Shown piece after piece: positions 9,000 to 17,172 of a stretch of DNA of 64,000 nucleotides. Position 1 is the stretch's first letter, and the number at the start of each line of letters is the position of its first letter. A program made the translations under genes and the position numbers. The DNA is from Christensenellaceae bacterium (GTDB lineage: Bacteria; Bacillota; Clostridia; Christensenellales; Borkfalkiaceae): positions 9,667-73,666 of the forward strand of contig JAZRTI010000020.1 in assembly GCA_045651955.1 (NCBI GenBank), given 5' to 3'. Under the pieces are notes generated by a model. That model saw only the letters and a program-made list of their open reading frames with translations. It was not told the origin of the DNA and searched no databases.

Positions 9000-10406
9000 A
9001 TGCAACTGGTTAAAAATGAGGAATATCATGCAACCATATCTGCCTTTGGTGCCAACGGTGAAGGTATTGTGAAAACCGAAGGAATTACGGTGTTCGTTCC
9101 CTATGCCATGCCCCAAGAAAAGGTGCAGTTTAAGGTTTTGAAGGTAAAAAAGAACTATGCTTTTGGTAAAGTTACTAAAATATTTACCCCTGCGGAAGAC
9201 CGTGTACGTGCCAAATGCCCTGTATTTGAAAAATGTGGTGGATGCCAATTGCAACACGTAAAATATGCTTCCCAATTAAAATTCAAAACCAAATTAGTGC
9301 AGGATTGTTTTCGTAAAATTGCAGGGCTGGAAGTTCAGGTATCTCCCTGCCACAAAAGCGATCAGGAATGGGAATACCGCAACAAGTTGCAACTTCCCGT
9401 CAGTCGTGATGAAAAGGGAACGCACGTAGGCTTTTTTGCGGAAAACAGCCATCGGATTGTGGATATTTCTGCCTGCCCCATACATCCTTCCTGGGCAAAA
9501 GACGTAATTTCCGTGATAAAAAATTATCTTTCTACGTGTGATGTTCAGGCGTATAGGGAGGAGGATAACAGTGGTGTTTTGCGCCACGTTGTAGTGCGCG
9601 AAGTCTGTGGAAAATTGATGCTTGTTTTTGTTATCAATGCAGAAGATTTACCCTATAAAGACGTTTTAATTGAACGTTGTAAAGAAAAATTCCACGATTT
9701 CAGTTTGTTTTACAACGTAAATCAAAGGGAAACAAACGTTATTTGCGGTGAAAAATATGTATGTTTTTATGGCAAGCCTAGAATGGGGGCAGAAGAAATG
9801 GGCATCCGGTATGAGGCCGGGCCCGAAACCTTTTTGCAGGTAAACGGTGCAGTACGCAAAAAAATATATGAAAAAGCAATAAAACTTGCCATTTCGCATC
9901 CCGAAACCGTAGTGATTGATGCATACAGCGGTGGGGGTATGATGACTGCACTTTGTGCTAAAAATGCAAAACATGCCTACGGTATTGAAATTGTGCCGGA
10001 GGCGGTGTCTTGCGCAAACACTCTTGCCGAAAAAAACGGACTGCAAGAAAAAATGACCAATATTTGCGGTGATTGCGAACAAGAACTTGTGCCTTTGGTT
10101 AAAAAATTGCGTTTGGCCGGTGAAAAAATTTCTGTTATTTTAGACCCTCCCAGAAAGGGTTGTTCGGAATCCGTATTGCAAACTTTAATGCAAGCAAAGC
10201 CGGATAAAATTGTTTACGTTTCCTGCAATCCGGCAACCTTGGCGCGCGACGTTGCCATTTTAACCGATCGCTTGGTTAGAATGAATGGGGAACTGCTGAA
10301 AAATGACCAACCAAATCCGATATTTGACGTTGTTTCGGTAGAGCCCTACGATATGTTTCCCCAAACCAAGCACGTGGAAAGTGTCGTTTGTCTGACAAGA
10401 AAATGA
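9000..10406 (+). CDS. rlmD: RumA/RlmD-type 23S rRNA (uracil-C5)-methyltransferase
   Basis: It has a TRAM domain N-terminus, the Fe-S Cys cluster CPVFEKCGGCQLQH, a SAM fold DAYSGGG, and DPPRKG...VSCNPATLARD...FPQTKHVE at the C-terminus. Confidence 0.85.
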   Translation: MQLVKNEEYHATISAFGANGEGIVKTEGITVFVPYAMPQEKVQFKVLKVKKNYAFGKVTKIFTPAEDRVRAKCPVFEKCGGCQLQHVKYASQLKFKTKLVQDCFRKIAGLEVQVSPCHKSDQEWEYRNKLQLPVSRDEKGTHVGFFAENSHRIVDISACPIHPSWAKDVISVIKNYLSTCDVQAYREEDNSGVLRHVVVREVCGKLMLVFVINAEDLPYKDVLIERCKEKFHDFSLFYNVNQRETNVICGEKYVCFYGKPRMGAEEMGIRYEAGPETFLQVNGAVRKKIYEKAIKLAISHPETVVIDAYSGGGMMTALCAKNAKHAYGIEIVPEAVSCANTLAEKNGLQEKMTNICGDCEQELVPLVKKLRLAGEKISVILDPPRKGCSESVLQTLMQAKPDKIVYVSCNPATLARDVAILTDRLVRMNGELLKNDQPNPIFDVVSVEPYDMFPQTKHVESVVCLTRK

Positions 10407-10417
10407 CCGCAAAACCT

Positions 10418-10490
10418 GTAGGGGCTGGCGCCCACGACAGCCCGTAATGAGCATTTAAGGGGACGGGACGTCGAAGGCGCCGCCCCCTAC
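10418..10490. repeat. GC-rich imperfect palindrome (REP/MITE-like)
   Basis: The arms are gtaggggctggcgcccacgacagcccgt (10418-10445) and acgggacgtcgaaggcgccgccccctac (10463-10490). They pair at 22 of 28 positions and are strikingly GC-rich against an AT-rich context. Confidence 0.6.
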
Positions 10491-10617
10491 CAAAAACGGT
10501 GTTCAAAAACAAAAAATGCCCCAATTTTGCGTTGGGACAAATGTGAGTTTTGAGCAAGACTCAAAAGTTCAATTTACAGCAGTACGGTATAACATATCGA
10601 AAACATAGGAGAAAAGT

Positions 10618-10974
10618 ATGAGCAATATTATTCAAGCAATTTACAACATTTATCATTGCCCTATGTCACGTAATCGTGTTCGCTCATGGGACGAGCCTTC
10701 CTTTACCATTCAAGCGAGAGGTCGCCATGCCCACATACACCCACAGGCTCCTAAAATGGTATTTATTGAAAAGAATAAACGTGAATTTGTAAAAGGCAAA
10801 GAGGACTTGTATCGCAGATTGAGTGTTAGAGAATGTGCAAGGATTCAAACATTCCCTGATACCTTTGAATTTGTGTATACAGATGTTGCCGATGCATACA
10901 AAATGATTGGTAATGCAGTACCTGTTGAATTAGCATTTAGTGTAGCAAAAGAGATAAAAAAATTAGTAAAGTGA
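10618..10974 (+). pseudogene. C-terminal fragment of a DNA (cytosine-5)-methyltransferase (motifs IX-X only)
   Basis: [20 protein letters not shown] is motif IX-like and [13 protein letters not shown] is motif X. Motifs I-VIII, including the catalytic PC, are absent. An in-frame stop lies at 10606-10608, and AGGAGA lies upstream of ATG 10618. Confidence 0.7.
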
Positions 10975-10991
10975 TTTGCAAAGGAGTAAAA

Positions 10992-11855
10992 ATGAAAGTT
11001 TTTATAAGTTGGTCTGGATTATTAAGTCAAAAAATTGCCGAATTGTTAAAAAACTGGTTAGAACAATGCATCCAATCAATTGAAGCATTCTATTCTTCGG
11101 AAGACATCGAAAAAGGAGATTTGTGGAATGCCAAAGTTACAAGCGAGTTGCGAGATACAAATTTTGGTATTGTATGTTTAACGAAGGATAACATTAATGC
11201 GCCTTGGATTCATTTCGAAGCGGGGGCATTATCTAAAATGTTAGATTCAAGAGTTGCTACACTTGCAATCAATATACCTTTTTCAGATATAAAAGGTCCT
11301 CTAAGCACTTTTCAAGCAACAAAAATTGAAAAGGATGACATGTATAAGCTTTTAAAAGCAATAAACAATGCGCAAGATAAGCCATTGACGGAAGAAAAAT
11401 TAAAAAATACATTTGAAGCTTTTTGGGGTAAATTTGAAAACGATTTCATGGAGATTATTTCCCAAGAAACAGAAAAAGAAGATAAAAAGTCTACACCAAA
11501 AATCAATGTTGCGGAAACGGTAGAGGAAATATTACAATTGGTGCGTAGCCAAAATGCAATGATAAATAGTTCAACGAAAATCATTCCACATGAATATTTC
11601 GAAGATATGATGCAAAGAGCAATACATAGGAATGATACAAATTATATCTTCGACAAGTTATACGATTTCACCAAATATGTTTTGGAAAGATTTAGTGAGC
11701 AAGAACCAGAGGAAAATATAGAAGTGGAATTTTTCAAGCACCAATATTTACAGTTCGTCGAAGACCTCGTATCTGATTATCCAGTATGGAGAAGAAGATT
11801 TAGCAATTTACTTTCGGCTAAAAACAAGTTTAGGCATAAACTGACAGTTGGTTGA
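10992..11855 (+). CDS. TIR-domain protein with an uncharacterised helical C-terminal domain
   Basis: KVFISWSG...IAELLKNWL...SSEDIEKGDLW...FGIVCLTKDNINAPWIHFEAGAL matches the bacterial TIR_2-type pattern and includes a candidate catalytic Glu. AAGGAG lies upstream of ATG 10992. Confidence 0.7.
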   Translation: MKVFISWSGLLSQKIAELLKNWLEQCIQSIEAFYSSEDIEKGDLWNAKVTSELRDTNFGIVCLTKDNINAPWIHFEAGALSKMLDSRVATLAINIPFSDIKGPLSTFQATKIEKDDMYKLLKAINNAQDKPLTEEKLKNTFEAFWGKFENDFMEIISQETEKEDKKSTPKINVAETVEEILQLVRSQNAMINSSTKIIPHEYFEDMMQRAIHRNDTNYIFDKLYDFTKYVLERFSEQEPEENIEVEFFKHQYLQFVEDLVSDYPVWRRRFSNLLSAKNKFRHKLTVG

Positions 11856-11883
11856 TTTCTCAATAAAGGAGTTTAATTCTAAG

Positions 11884-11976
11884 AAATATACCTTTTGGCT
11901 TTACAACCTCCGTTTTTGACACAAAAATATACCTTTTGACCTTATGACCCACGTGGAAACCGTTGCTTGTTTAACG
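11884..11976 (+). repeat. two degenerate direct copies resembling the rlmD 3' end
   Basis: aaatataccttttg occurs at 11884-11897 and 11925-11938, 41 bp apart. The second copy continues in frame as IPFDLMTHVETVACLT, compared with rlmD PYDMFPQTKHVESVVCLT. The 10-mer cacgtggaaa is identical at 10371 and 11950. Confidence 0.55.
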
Positions 11977-12062
11977 TGTAAAAACAACAATGCATAGTGT
12001 AAATTATATTTTTTAATCAAAATATTGCTTTTTACTATTTCTAAATATGTTACCTGTCCACC

Positions 12063-12094
12063 ATTTGTCCACGCTTTTGAAAGGCGTGGACAAA
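12063..12094. terminator. stem-loop, possible terminator
   Basis: A perfect 12-bp stem atttgtccacgc/gcgtggacaaat has an 8-nt loop. The downstream T-run is weak. Confidence 0.4.
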
Positions 12095-12226
12095 TTTTAT
12101 GCTTTTTAAGCGATTTATTATGACGCGCTTTTTAGAATGTTTATTTTCATATGCAAAATGTATTGAAGTGCAAGGGGATAAGGAAAGAGTTGGAATAAAA
12201 AAGCGAAAAGAATTAAAGAAAAATTA

Positions 12227-12255
12227 TTGATTTTTTTGTCGAAAAATGTTATAAT
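12227..12255 (+). promoter_or_regulatory. candidate promoter of the acyl operon (TTGATT-17-TGtTATAAT)
   Basis: The -35 is at 12227-12232 and the extended -10 at 12247-12255. This would give a 5' UTR of about 185 nt. Confidence 0.45.
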
Positions 12256-12446
12256 CAATTGGGATAATTATAATTAACAATTCTTATGCATCTATTATGA
12301 ATAGATGTACGGAAAAAACTTGTGTTTTTTTACGTATTATAACGTGTTTTTCTATTGCTGTTTTTGCAAGAAAATTTACTAAAACATAAAAGAATTTCAA
12401 AAGGAAAAATTATACGGATATCAACCAGTGTTTGGTAGGAGAGGTT

Positions 12447-14372
12447 ATGCGGCTAACTAATATTGCGAATTGCAAAACCATTGATGAATATGTAAATCAA
12501 AAATCTCAAAAGTTGAAGTCGGGGGAACAATCCTTTTGTGCGTTGTTTGAACTGATGTTTTCAGAACAAAATAATACTTTTTGGGAAAGCAACGATGGGT
12601 ACCGAATTATTAAAACCACTTATGGCGAAGTAAAAAATACAATTTGCAAAAGGGCATATTTCTTGCAGGAGACATTATCGGGGATAGAAAAGGGATCGGT
12701 TATTGGTTTACATATGCAAAACAGTTTAAGTTGGATAGAAATATTCTGGGCTGTTTTGAAATGTGGATACCGACCTTTATTGCTAAATACCAGAATGGAT
12801 AAAAACACGTTAGCCGACGTAATAATTAGGGCGGAAGCAAAAGCGGTGATTTCCGACAGGGAACAGTTTTCCGTTCCTACGTATATGGCAGAGGAAATTG
12901 TTTGCGGCAAGCAAGAAAACAACAATACCGCTTTTGGGGAAGAGATATTGCTGATGACGTCCGGCACTTCCAACGCGGTAAAAATTTGCGTTTATGATGC
13001 ACCTAATATTATCAATCAAATTTTGAATGCCGAACAAATTGTAAAAACAAGCCGTTTAATCAAAAAGCATTATGAAGGCGAATTAAAATTACTAACCTTT
13101 TTGCCTTTCTATCATATATTTGGCTTAACTGCTATGTATATGTGGTTTGCGTTTTATGCACGAACCTTTGTGGCGTTAAAGGATATGTCCTCGCAATGTA
13201 TAGTGAATACCATTCGCAGGCATAAAGTAACGCATATTTTTGCAGTTCCGCTGTTTTGGAATACGGTTTACGAGCAAGCCATTAAAAAGGTAAAAGAACG
13301 GGGAGAAAAAACCTATCAAAAACTGAAAAAAGGATTAAAATTATCCGAGATGTTAAGCGGCATCCCTTTCTTGGCAAGGTTTTTCCGCAAAAAGGCTTTT
13401 AAGGAAGTTCGGGATAAACTGTTTGGCGAAAGCATCTGCTTTATGATAACCGGTGGCGGATGTATCGGGGAACACGTATTAAAATTCTTTAACGGGATTG
13501 GCTACCATTTATCCAACGGATACGGAATGTCCGAAATCGGCATTACTTCGGTTGAACTTTCGGAAGATAGCCGTATTTTGAATTCCGGAACGATAGGAAA
13601 ACCGATGGCATCCGTACAGTATAAAGTCAATGATGGCGGAGAGTTGTTTGTTAAGGGAAATTCCCTGTGCAAATATTATATGGAAAATGACCAAAAGTTT
13701 TTTGTGGAAGACGGTTGGTTTAGAACAAAAGATTTAGCAAGGGAAGTCAAGGGGCGCTATTATTTGATGGGAAGAGAGGACGATTTAATTGTTTCATCTT
13801 CGGGCGAAAATATCAACCCCAACTTATACGAGAACGCATTTGATTTTAAGCACGTAAAGCAAGTATGTTTGCTGGACGCACGTAAAAACGGACAACCCTA
13901 TCCCGTAATGCTGGTTTCGGTGGTAAAATATATCTCCCACGAAACGCGCGAAAAGTTGCTGCAAGAAATTAAAGAAAAACTGAAAACACTGAATTTGTTA
14001 TCCGAAATTAAGGAAATTGTTTTTGTCGGTGAAGATTTTATCAAAGGAAACGAATTCAAACTGAACAGAAAACGCCTGTCAGAAGAATTTAACCAGGGCA
14101 GGTTAAATATTTTATCTAACGTGGGGGACTGTGAAAAAGAATACGTCTTTGATAAGATTGAAAAGCAAGTAGCCCTTTGTTTTGAAAAAGTGTTAGGAAA
14201 AACGGTGGATAAAAACGCAGATTTTTTTGTTGACCTTGGCGGAAGCAGTTTGGAATATTTTACGTTAGTAACATATATCCAGGAAGAATTTGACTTGATA
14301 ATTCCGCTGGGTAATGATAAAAAATTATGTTCCATCAGTGATTTCAGTACGTTTATCAAAGGCAATATGTAA
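12447..14372 (+). CDS. adenylate-forming (acyl-AMP/CoA ligase-like) enzyme fused to a C-terminal carrier-protein domain
   Basis: The AMP-binding core motifs are LMTSGTSNAVKI (a degenerate P-loop), NGYGMSE, WFRTKDL and GREDDLIVSSSGENINP. The C-terminal ADFFVDLGGSSLEYF is a phosphopantetheine attachment motif. AGGAGAGG lies upstream of ATG 12447. Confidence 0.8.
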   Translation: MRLTNIANCKTIDEYVNQKSQKLKSGEQSFCALFELMFSEQNNTFWESNDGYRIIKTTYGEVKNTICKRAYFLQETLSGIEKGSVIGLHMQNSLSWIEIFWAVLKCGYRPLLLNTRMDKNTLADVIIRAEAKAVISDREQFSVPTYMAEEIVCGKQENNNTAFGEEILLMTSGTSNAVKICVYDAPNIINQILNAEQIVKTSRLIKKHYEGELKLLTFLPFYHIFGLTAMYMWFAFYARTFVALKDMSSQCIVNTIRRHKVTHIFAVPLFWNTVYEQAIKKVKERGEKTYQKLKKGLKLSEMLSGIPFLARFFRKKAFKEVRDKLFGESICFMITGGGCIGEHVLKFFNGIGYHLSNGYGMSEIGITSVELSEDSRILNSGTIGKPMASVQYKVNDGGELFVKGNSLCKYYMENDQKFFVEDGWFRTKDLAREVKGRYYLMGREDDLIVSSSGENINPNLYENAFDFKHVKQVCLLDARKNGQPYPVMLVSVVKYISHETREKLLQEIKEKLKTLNLLSEIKEIVFVGEDFIKGNEFKLNRKRLSEEFNQGRLNILSNVGDCEKEYVFDKIEKQVALCFEKVLGKTVDKNADFFVDLGGSSLEYFTLVTYIQEEFDLIIPLGNDKKLCSISDFSTFIKGNM

Positions 14373-15028
14373 TGATTTACTTTTTTAACTGGTTTACAAA
14401 AATAACTGCGTGGTTCGTTCAAAAATTATGTTTTAGAACGAAAGTATATTACGAGAAGAAGGAAGAGCAAGGGCGGCATATCAAAGGTCCGGCAATCATT
14501 ATTTCCAATCATACGTCCGTTTATGATTACGCAGTGTTCTTATTTGTGTTTTTCACCCGTACGTTAAGATACCAAATGGCAGAAATTCTGTTTAAGAAAG
14601 CCTTGTTACGTAACTTTTTGAAATGCATGGGCGGAATTTTTGTGGATAGAGATTCCAATGATTTCGGTTTTATGGATAAATCTCAAAAGGTGTTGGAAAA
14701 GGGTGGAGTTGTAGGAATATTCCCCGAAGGTAGGATTCCGGAACAATCAGAAGATAAACCGTTGGCGTTTAAGCCGGGCGCAATTCAACTGGCATTAACG
14801 GCAAACGTGCCCATAATTCCTGCGTATACAAACGGTTGTTACTTTCAAAAAAAACGTGCCCGTGTAATTATTGGAAAACCCATTTACCTATCCGAACTGT
14901 ATAACAGTCAGGAAGATTATAAAACCAACATGGAAAGGATTTCGCAGGAGCTACGAGAAAGAGTGGTCAATCTTGGCAATATCCTAAAAGAGAAGATAGA
15001 TTATGAAAGAGAAAAGAAAAATAAATAA
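14372..15028 (+). CDS. PlsC/LPLAT-family acyltransferase
   Basis: It has the HX4D motif NHTSVYD and an FPEGR motif. The start overlaps the upstream stop (TAATG). Confidence 0.85.
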   Translation: MIYFFNWFTKITAWFVQKLCFRTKVYYEKKEEQGRHIKGPAIIISNHTSVYDYAVFLFVFFTRTLRYQMAEILFKKALLRNFLKCMGGIFVDRDSNDFGFMDKSQKVLEKGGVVGIFPEGRIPEQSEDKPLAFKPGAIQLALTANVPIIPAYTNGCYFQKKRARVIIGKPIYLSELYNSQEDYKTNMERISQELRERVVNLGNILKEKIDYEREKKNK

Positions 15029-15638
15029 TTATCTTTTTTATGATTTTGTAAAAATAACCGCAGCCATTCCGGGGTTGTTGTGGTTCCGTACAAAAAAGAT
15101 TTACGTATCAGAAAAAGCAAAACAAAAAATTCGGGGCGGTGCGTTATTAATATCAAACCATTCGGGGGATTTTGACCCCATACTTTTGATGTTTAGTATT
15201 TGGTACCGCAGGCACCATTTTATTGCTACATCCGATTTGTTTAATACAAAGGTAAAACGCTTTTTCTTTGAGCATTTTCATTGTATTGAAATTGATAAGC
15301 AAAACGTCAGCATGAATACCTTTCGTGAAATTGTAGACCACCTGCAAAAGGATAAAATCGTTTCCATGTTCCCCGAAGGGCACGTAACCAGAAATGAGGA
15401 AGTGCAAAAATTCAAATCGGGCGTTGTTTTAATGGCGGTAACTGCAAAAAAGCCCATTATTCCCATATACCTAAAAAAACGGAAGAATATTTGGCAAAGG
15501 CAGCGTGTGGTTATTGGCGAACCAATCAATCCTTCGGAAATTTTCAGCAAAATGCCCACCCTTTCCGAAATGGAAAAAATCGCTGAAATTTTAAGAGAAA
15601 AAGAAAAAGAATTAAAAGAAATTGCGGATGCGCTATAA
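15003..15638 (+). CDS. PlsC/LPLAT-family acyltransferase (second copy)
   Basis: It has the HX4D motif NHSGDFD and an FPEGH motif. It overlaps the upstream gene by 26 nt. Confidence 0.85.
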   Translation: MKEKRKINNYLFYDFVKITAAIPGLLWFRTKKIYVSEKAKQKIRGGALLISNHSGDFDPILLMFSIWYRRHHFIATSDLFNTKVKRFFFEHFHCIEIDKQNVSMNTFREIVDHLQKDKIVSMFPEGHVTRNEEVQKFKSGVVLMAVTAKKPIIPIYLKKRKNIWQRQRVVIGEPINPSEIFSKMPTLSEMEKIAEILREKEKELKEIADAL

Positions 15639-15648
15639 GGAGAAACAT

Positions 15649-17172
15649 ATGATATTTGAAACAAGAGATTTATTCAAAAAGTACACGGATGAAGCAACTT
15701 TTGCAAAAATCAAAGAAATGGACACTTTGGTTGAAATGCTGGAAGAATGCAATCACAGCTTTGCCGATCAGTTTGCCATTACGGATGCAAGTGGGTCCTA
15801 TACCTATGCACAACTGTATAATGACGTTGCGCAATTCCGCGCCGTATTAAAGGAAAACAACGTTCCGGTTGGTTCTAACGTCGGTGTGTTCGGGGCTAAC
15901 TCCTATGCACTTGTAAAAGCGTTTTTAGCAATCACAACCTATGGTTGTACGGCGCTTGTTCTTCCCATGCAGTTGGACGATAAAACTATTTTCGGATGCT
16001 CTATGAAGTTCCGTTTAAGCGCCTTGGTATATCATAATGCGTTTGAAGAAAAAGTTGTTTTGGCAAAAAATATGAATAAAAATTTGATATTCATTGATTG
16101 GTCTGCAACTTCTTCGCAACAAGAACCGGCTGCTAAGGTAACTGCGGAAACCCCTTGTGCAATTATGTTTACGGGCGGTACGACCGGTAAAAGCAAAGGG
16201 GCGCTGCTCAATCACCGCGCAATGATGCAAGGAACCGTAAACGGTTGCTACGGATATAAGGACGTATTCAACCAAAAATATATGCTTGCATTACCCCTTT
16301 CGCATATCTTTGGGCTTGTTCGCAATATGCTAACCCCCCTTTATACGGGTAGCCACGTGTTCATTTGCAAAACTCCCAAGGATTTGTTTGCGGATATTGC
16401 TGCATTTAAGCCCACGGTGTTGGTGCTGGTACCGGCACTGCTTGAAATGGCATTGAATCTTTCCAAGAAATTTAACAGAAATATGCTTGGTCAGGATATG
16501 AAATATATTATTTGCGGTGCAGCAGCGGTAGCACCGTATCTGATTCAGGAATATGAAAAAATCGGAATTACGGTATTCCCCGGTTATGGGCTTACCGAAT
16601 CTGCTAACTTGGTTTCGGGAAATCCCGAACAAAAGGCTAAGCCCGAATCGGTTGGTATTCCTTATCCGCACCAGGAATTCAAAATTGTGAATGACGAATT
16701 GTGGCTGAAAGGCTTAAACATGATGAATGGATACGTGGGCGAGGAGGAAGAAAATCAAAACGCCTATGAAGATGGCTGGTTCAAAACGGGGGACTTGGTT
16801 CGCTTAGATGATGAAGGGTTCTTATATATCGTAGGCAGATGCAAGGATGTTATCATTTTAGATAACGGCGAAAACGTATCTCCTGCGGAAGTAGAAAACT
16901 ATTTCAACGCGATTGCCGTGGTGCAGGATTCCCAAGTGTTTGAGGACGTTTTAGAAAACGGCACGCATATTCTAGCGGTGGAAGTTGTGCCCAGGGCTAC
17001 GGAATTGGCAAAATTAGGCGTTACAAACGCTGCGGAATACGTGCTGGAACAATTAAAGGCAGTGAATGCAAACTTGCCCTCACACATGAAAGTAAGTAAG
17101 TTTGTTGTAAGGGACAGCGATTTTGAAAGAACGCCCAGTATGAAAATAGTGAGATATAAAAAATGCAATTAA
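15649..17172 (+). CDS. fatty-acid-AMP/CoA (or acyl-ACP) ligase
   Basis: The motifs are canonical: FTGGTTGKSKGALLNH, PGYGLTES, WFKTGDL, GRCKDVIILDNGENVSP and a C-terminal Lys in SMKIVRYK. AAGGAG lies upstream of ATG 15649. Confidence 0.85.
   Translation: MIFETRDLFKKYTDEATFAKIKEMDTLVEMLEECNHSFADQFAITDASGSYTYAQLYNDVAQFRAVLKENNVPVGSNVGVFGANSYALVKAFLAITTYGCTALVLPMQLDDKTIFGCSMKFRLSALVYHNAFEEKVVLAKNMNKNLIFIDWSATSSQQEPAAKVTAETPCAIMFTGGTTGKSKGALLNHRAMMQGTVNGCYGYKDVFNQKYMLALPLSHIFGLVRNMLTPLYTGSHVFICKTPKDLFADIAAFKPTVLVLVPALLEMALNLSKKFNRNMLGQDMKYIICGAAAVAPYLIQEYEKIGITVFPGYGLTESANLVSGNPEQKAKPESVGIPYPHQEFKIVNDELWLKGLNMMNGYVGEEEENQNAYEDGWFKTGDLVRLDDEGFLYIVGRCKDVIILDNGENVSPAEVENYFNAIAVVQDSQVFEDVLENGTHILAVEVVPRATELAKLGVTNAAEYVLEQLKAVNANLPSHMKVSKFVVRDSDFERTPSMKIVRYKKCN

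Larger units (their letters stand above)
10407..11996. mobile_element. AT-rich integrated islet remnant at the rlmD 3' end, with no integrase
   Basis: It is bounded on the left by the rlmD stop and a GC-rich palindrome, and on the right by degenerate copies of the rlmD 3' end (11884-11996). By eye its genes are AT-richer than the flanks. Confidence 0.45.

Noticed and set aside
10276-10557. 93-aa minus ORF spanning the rlmD end and the GC-rich palindrome
   Set aside because: Its Arg/Pro/Gly-rich translation is produced by the palindromic repeat. It overlaps the well-supported rlmD 3' end on the opposite strand.
13898-14422. Long antisense ORFs inside confirmed genes. Examples are 13898..14422 (-), 15278..15664 (-), 35114..35635 (+), 42564..42959 (+), 43365..43757 (+), 48562..49263 (-), 49535..50095 (-), 55214..55744 (+) and 60627..61067 (-).
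   Set aside because: Each is fully contained in a gene with strong family motifs on the other strand. They have Ser/Phe/Leu-rich shadow-frame composition and no RBS.
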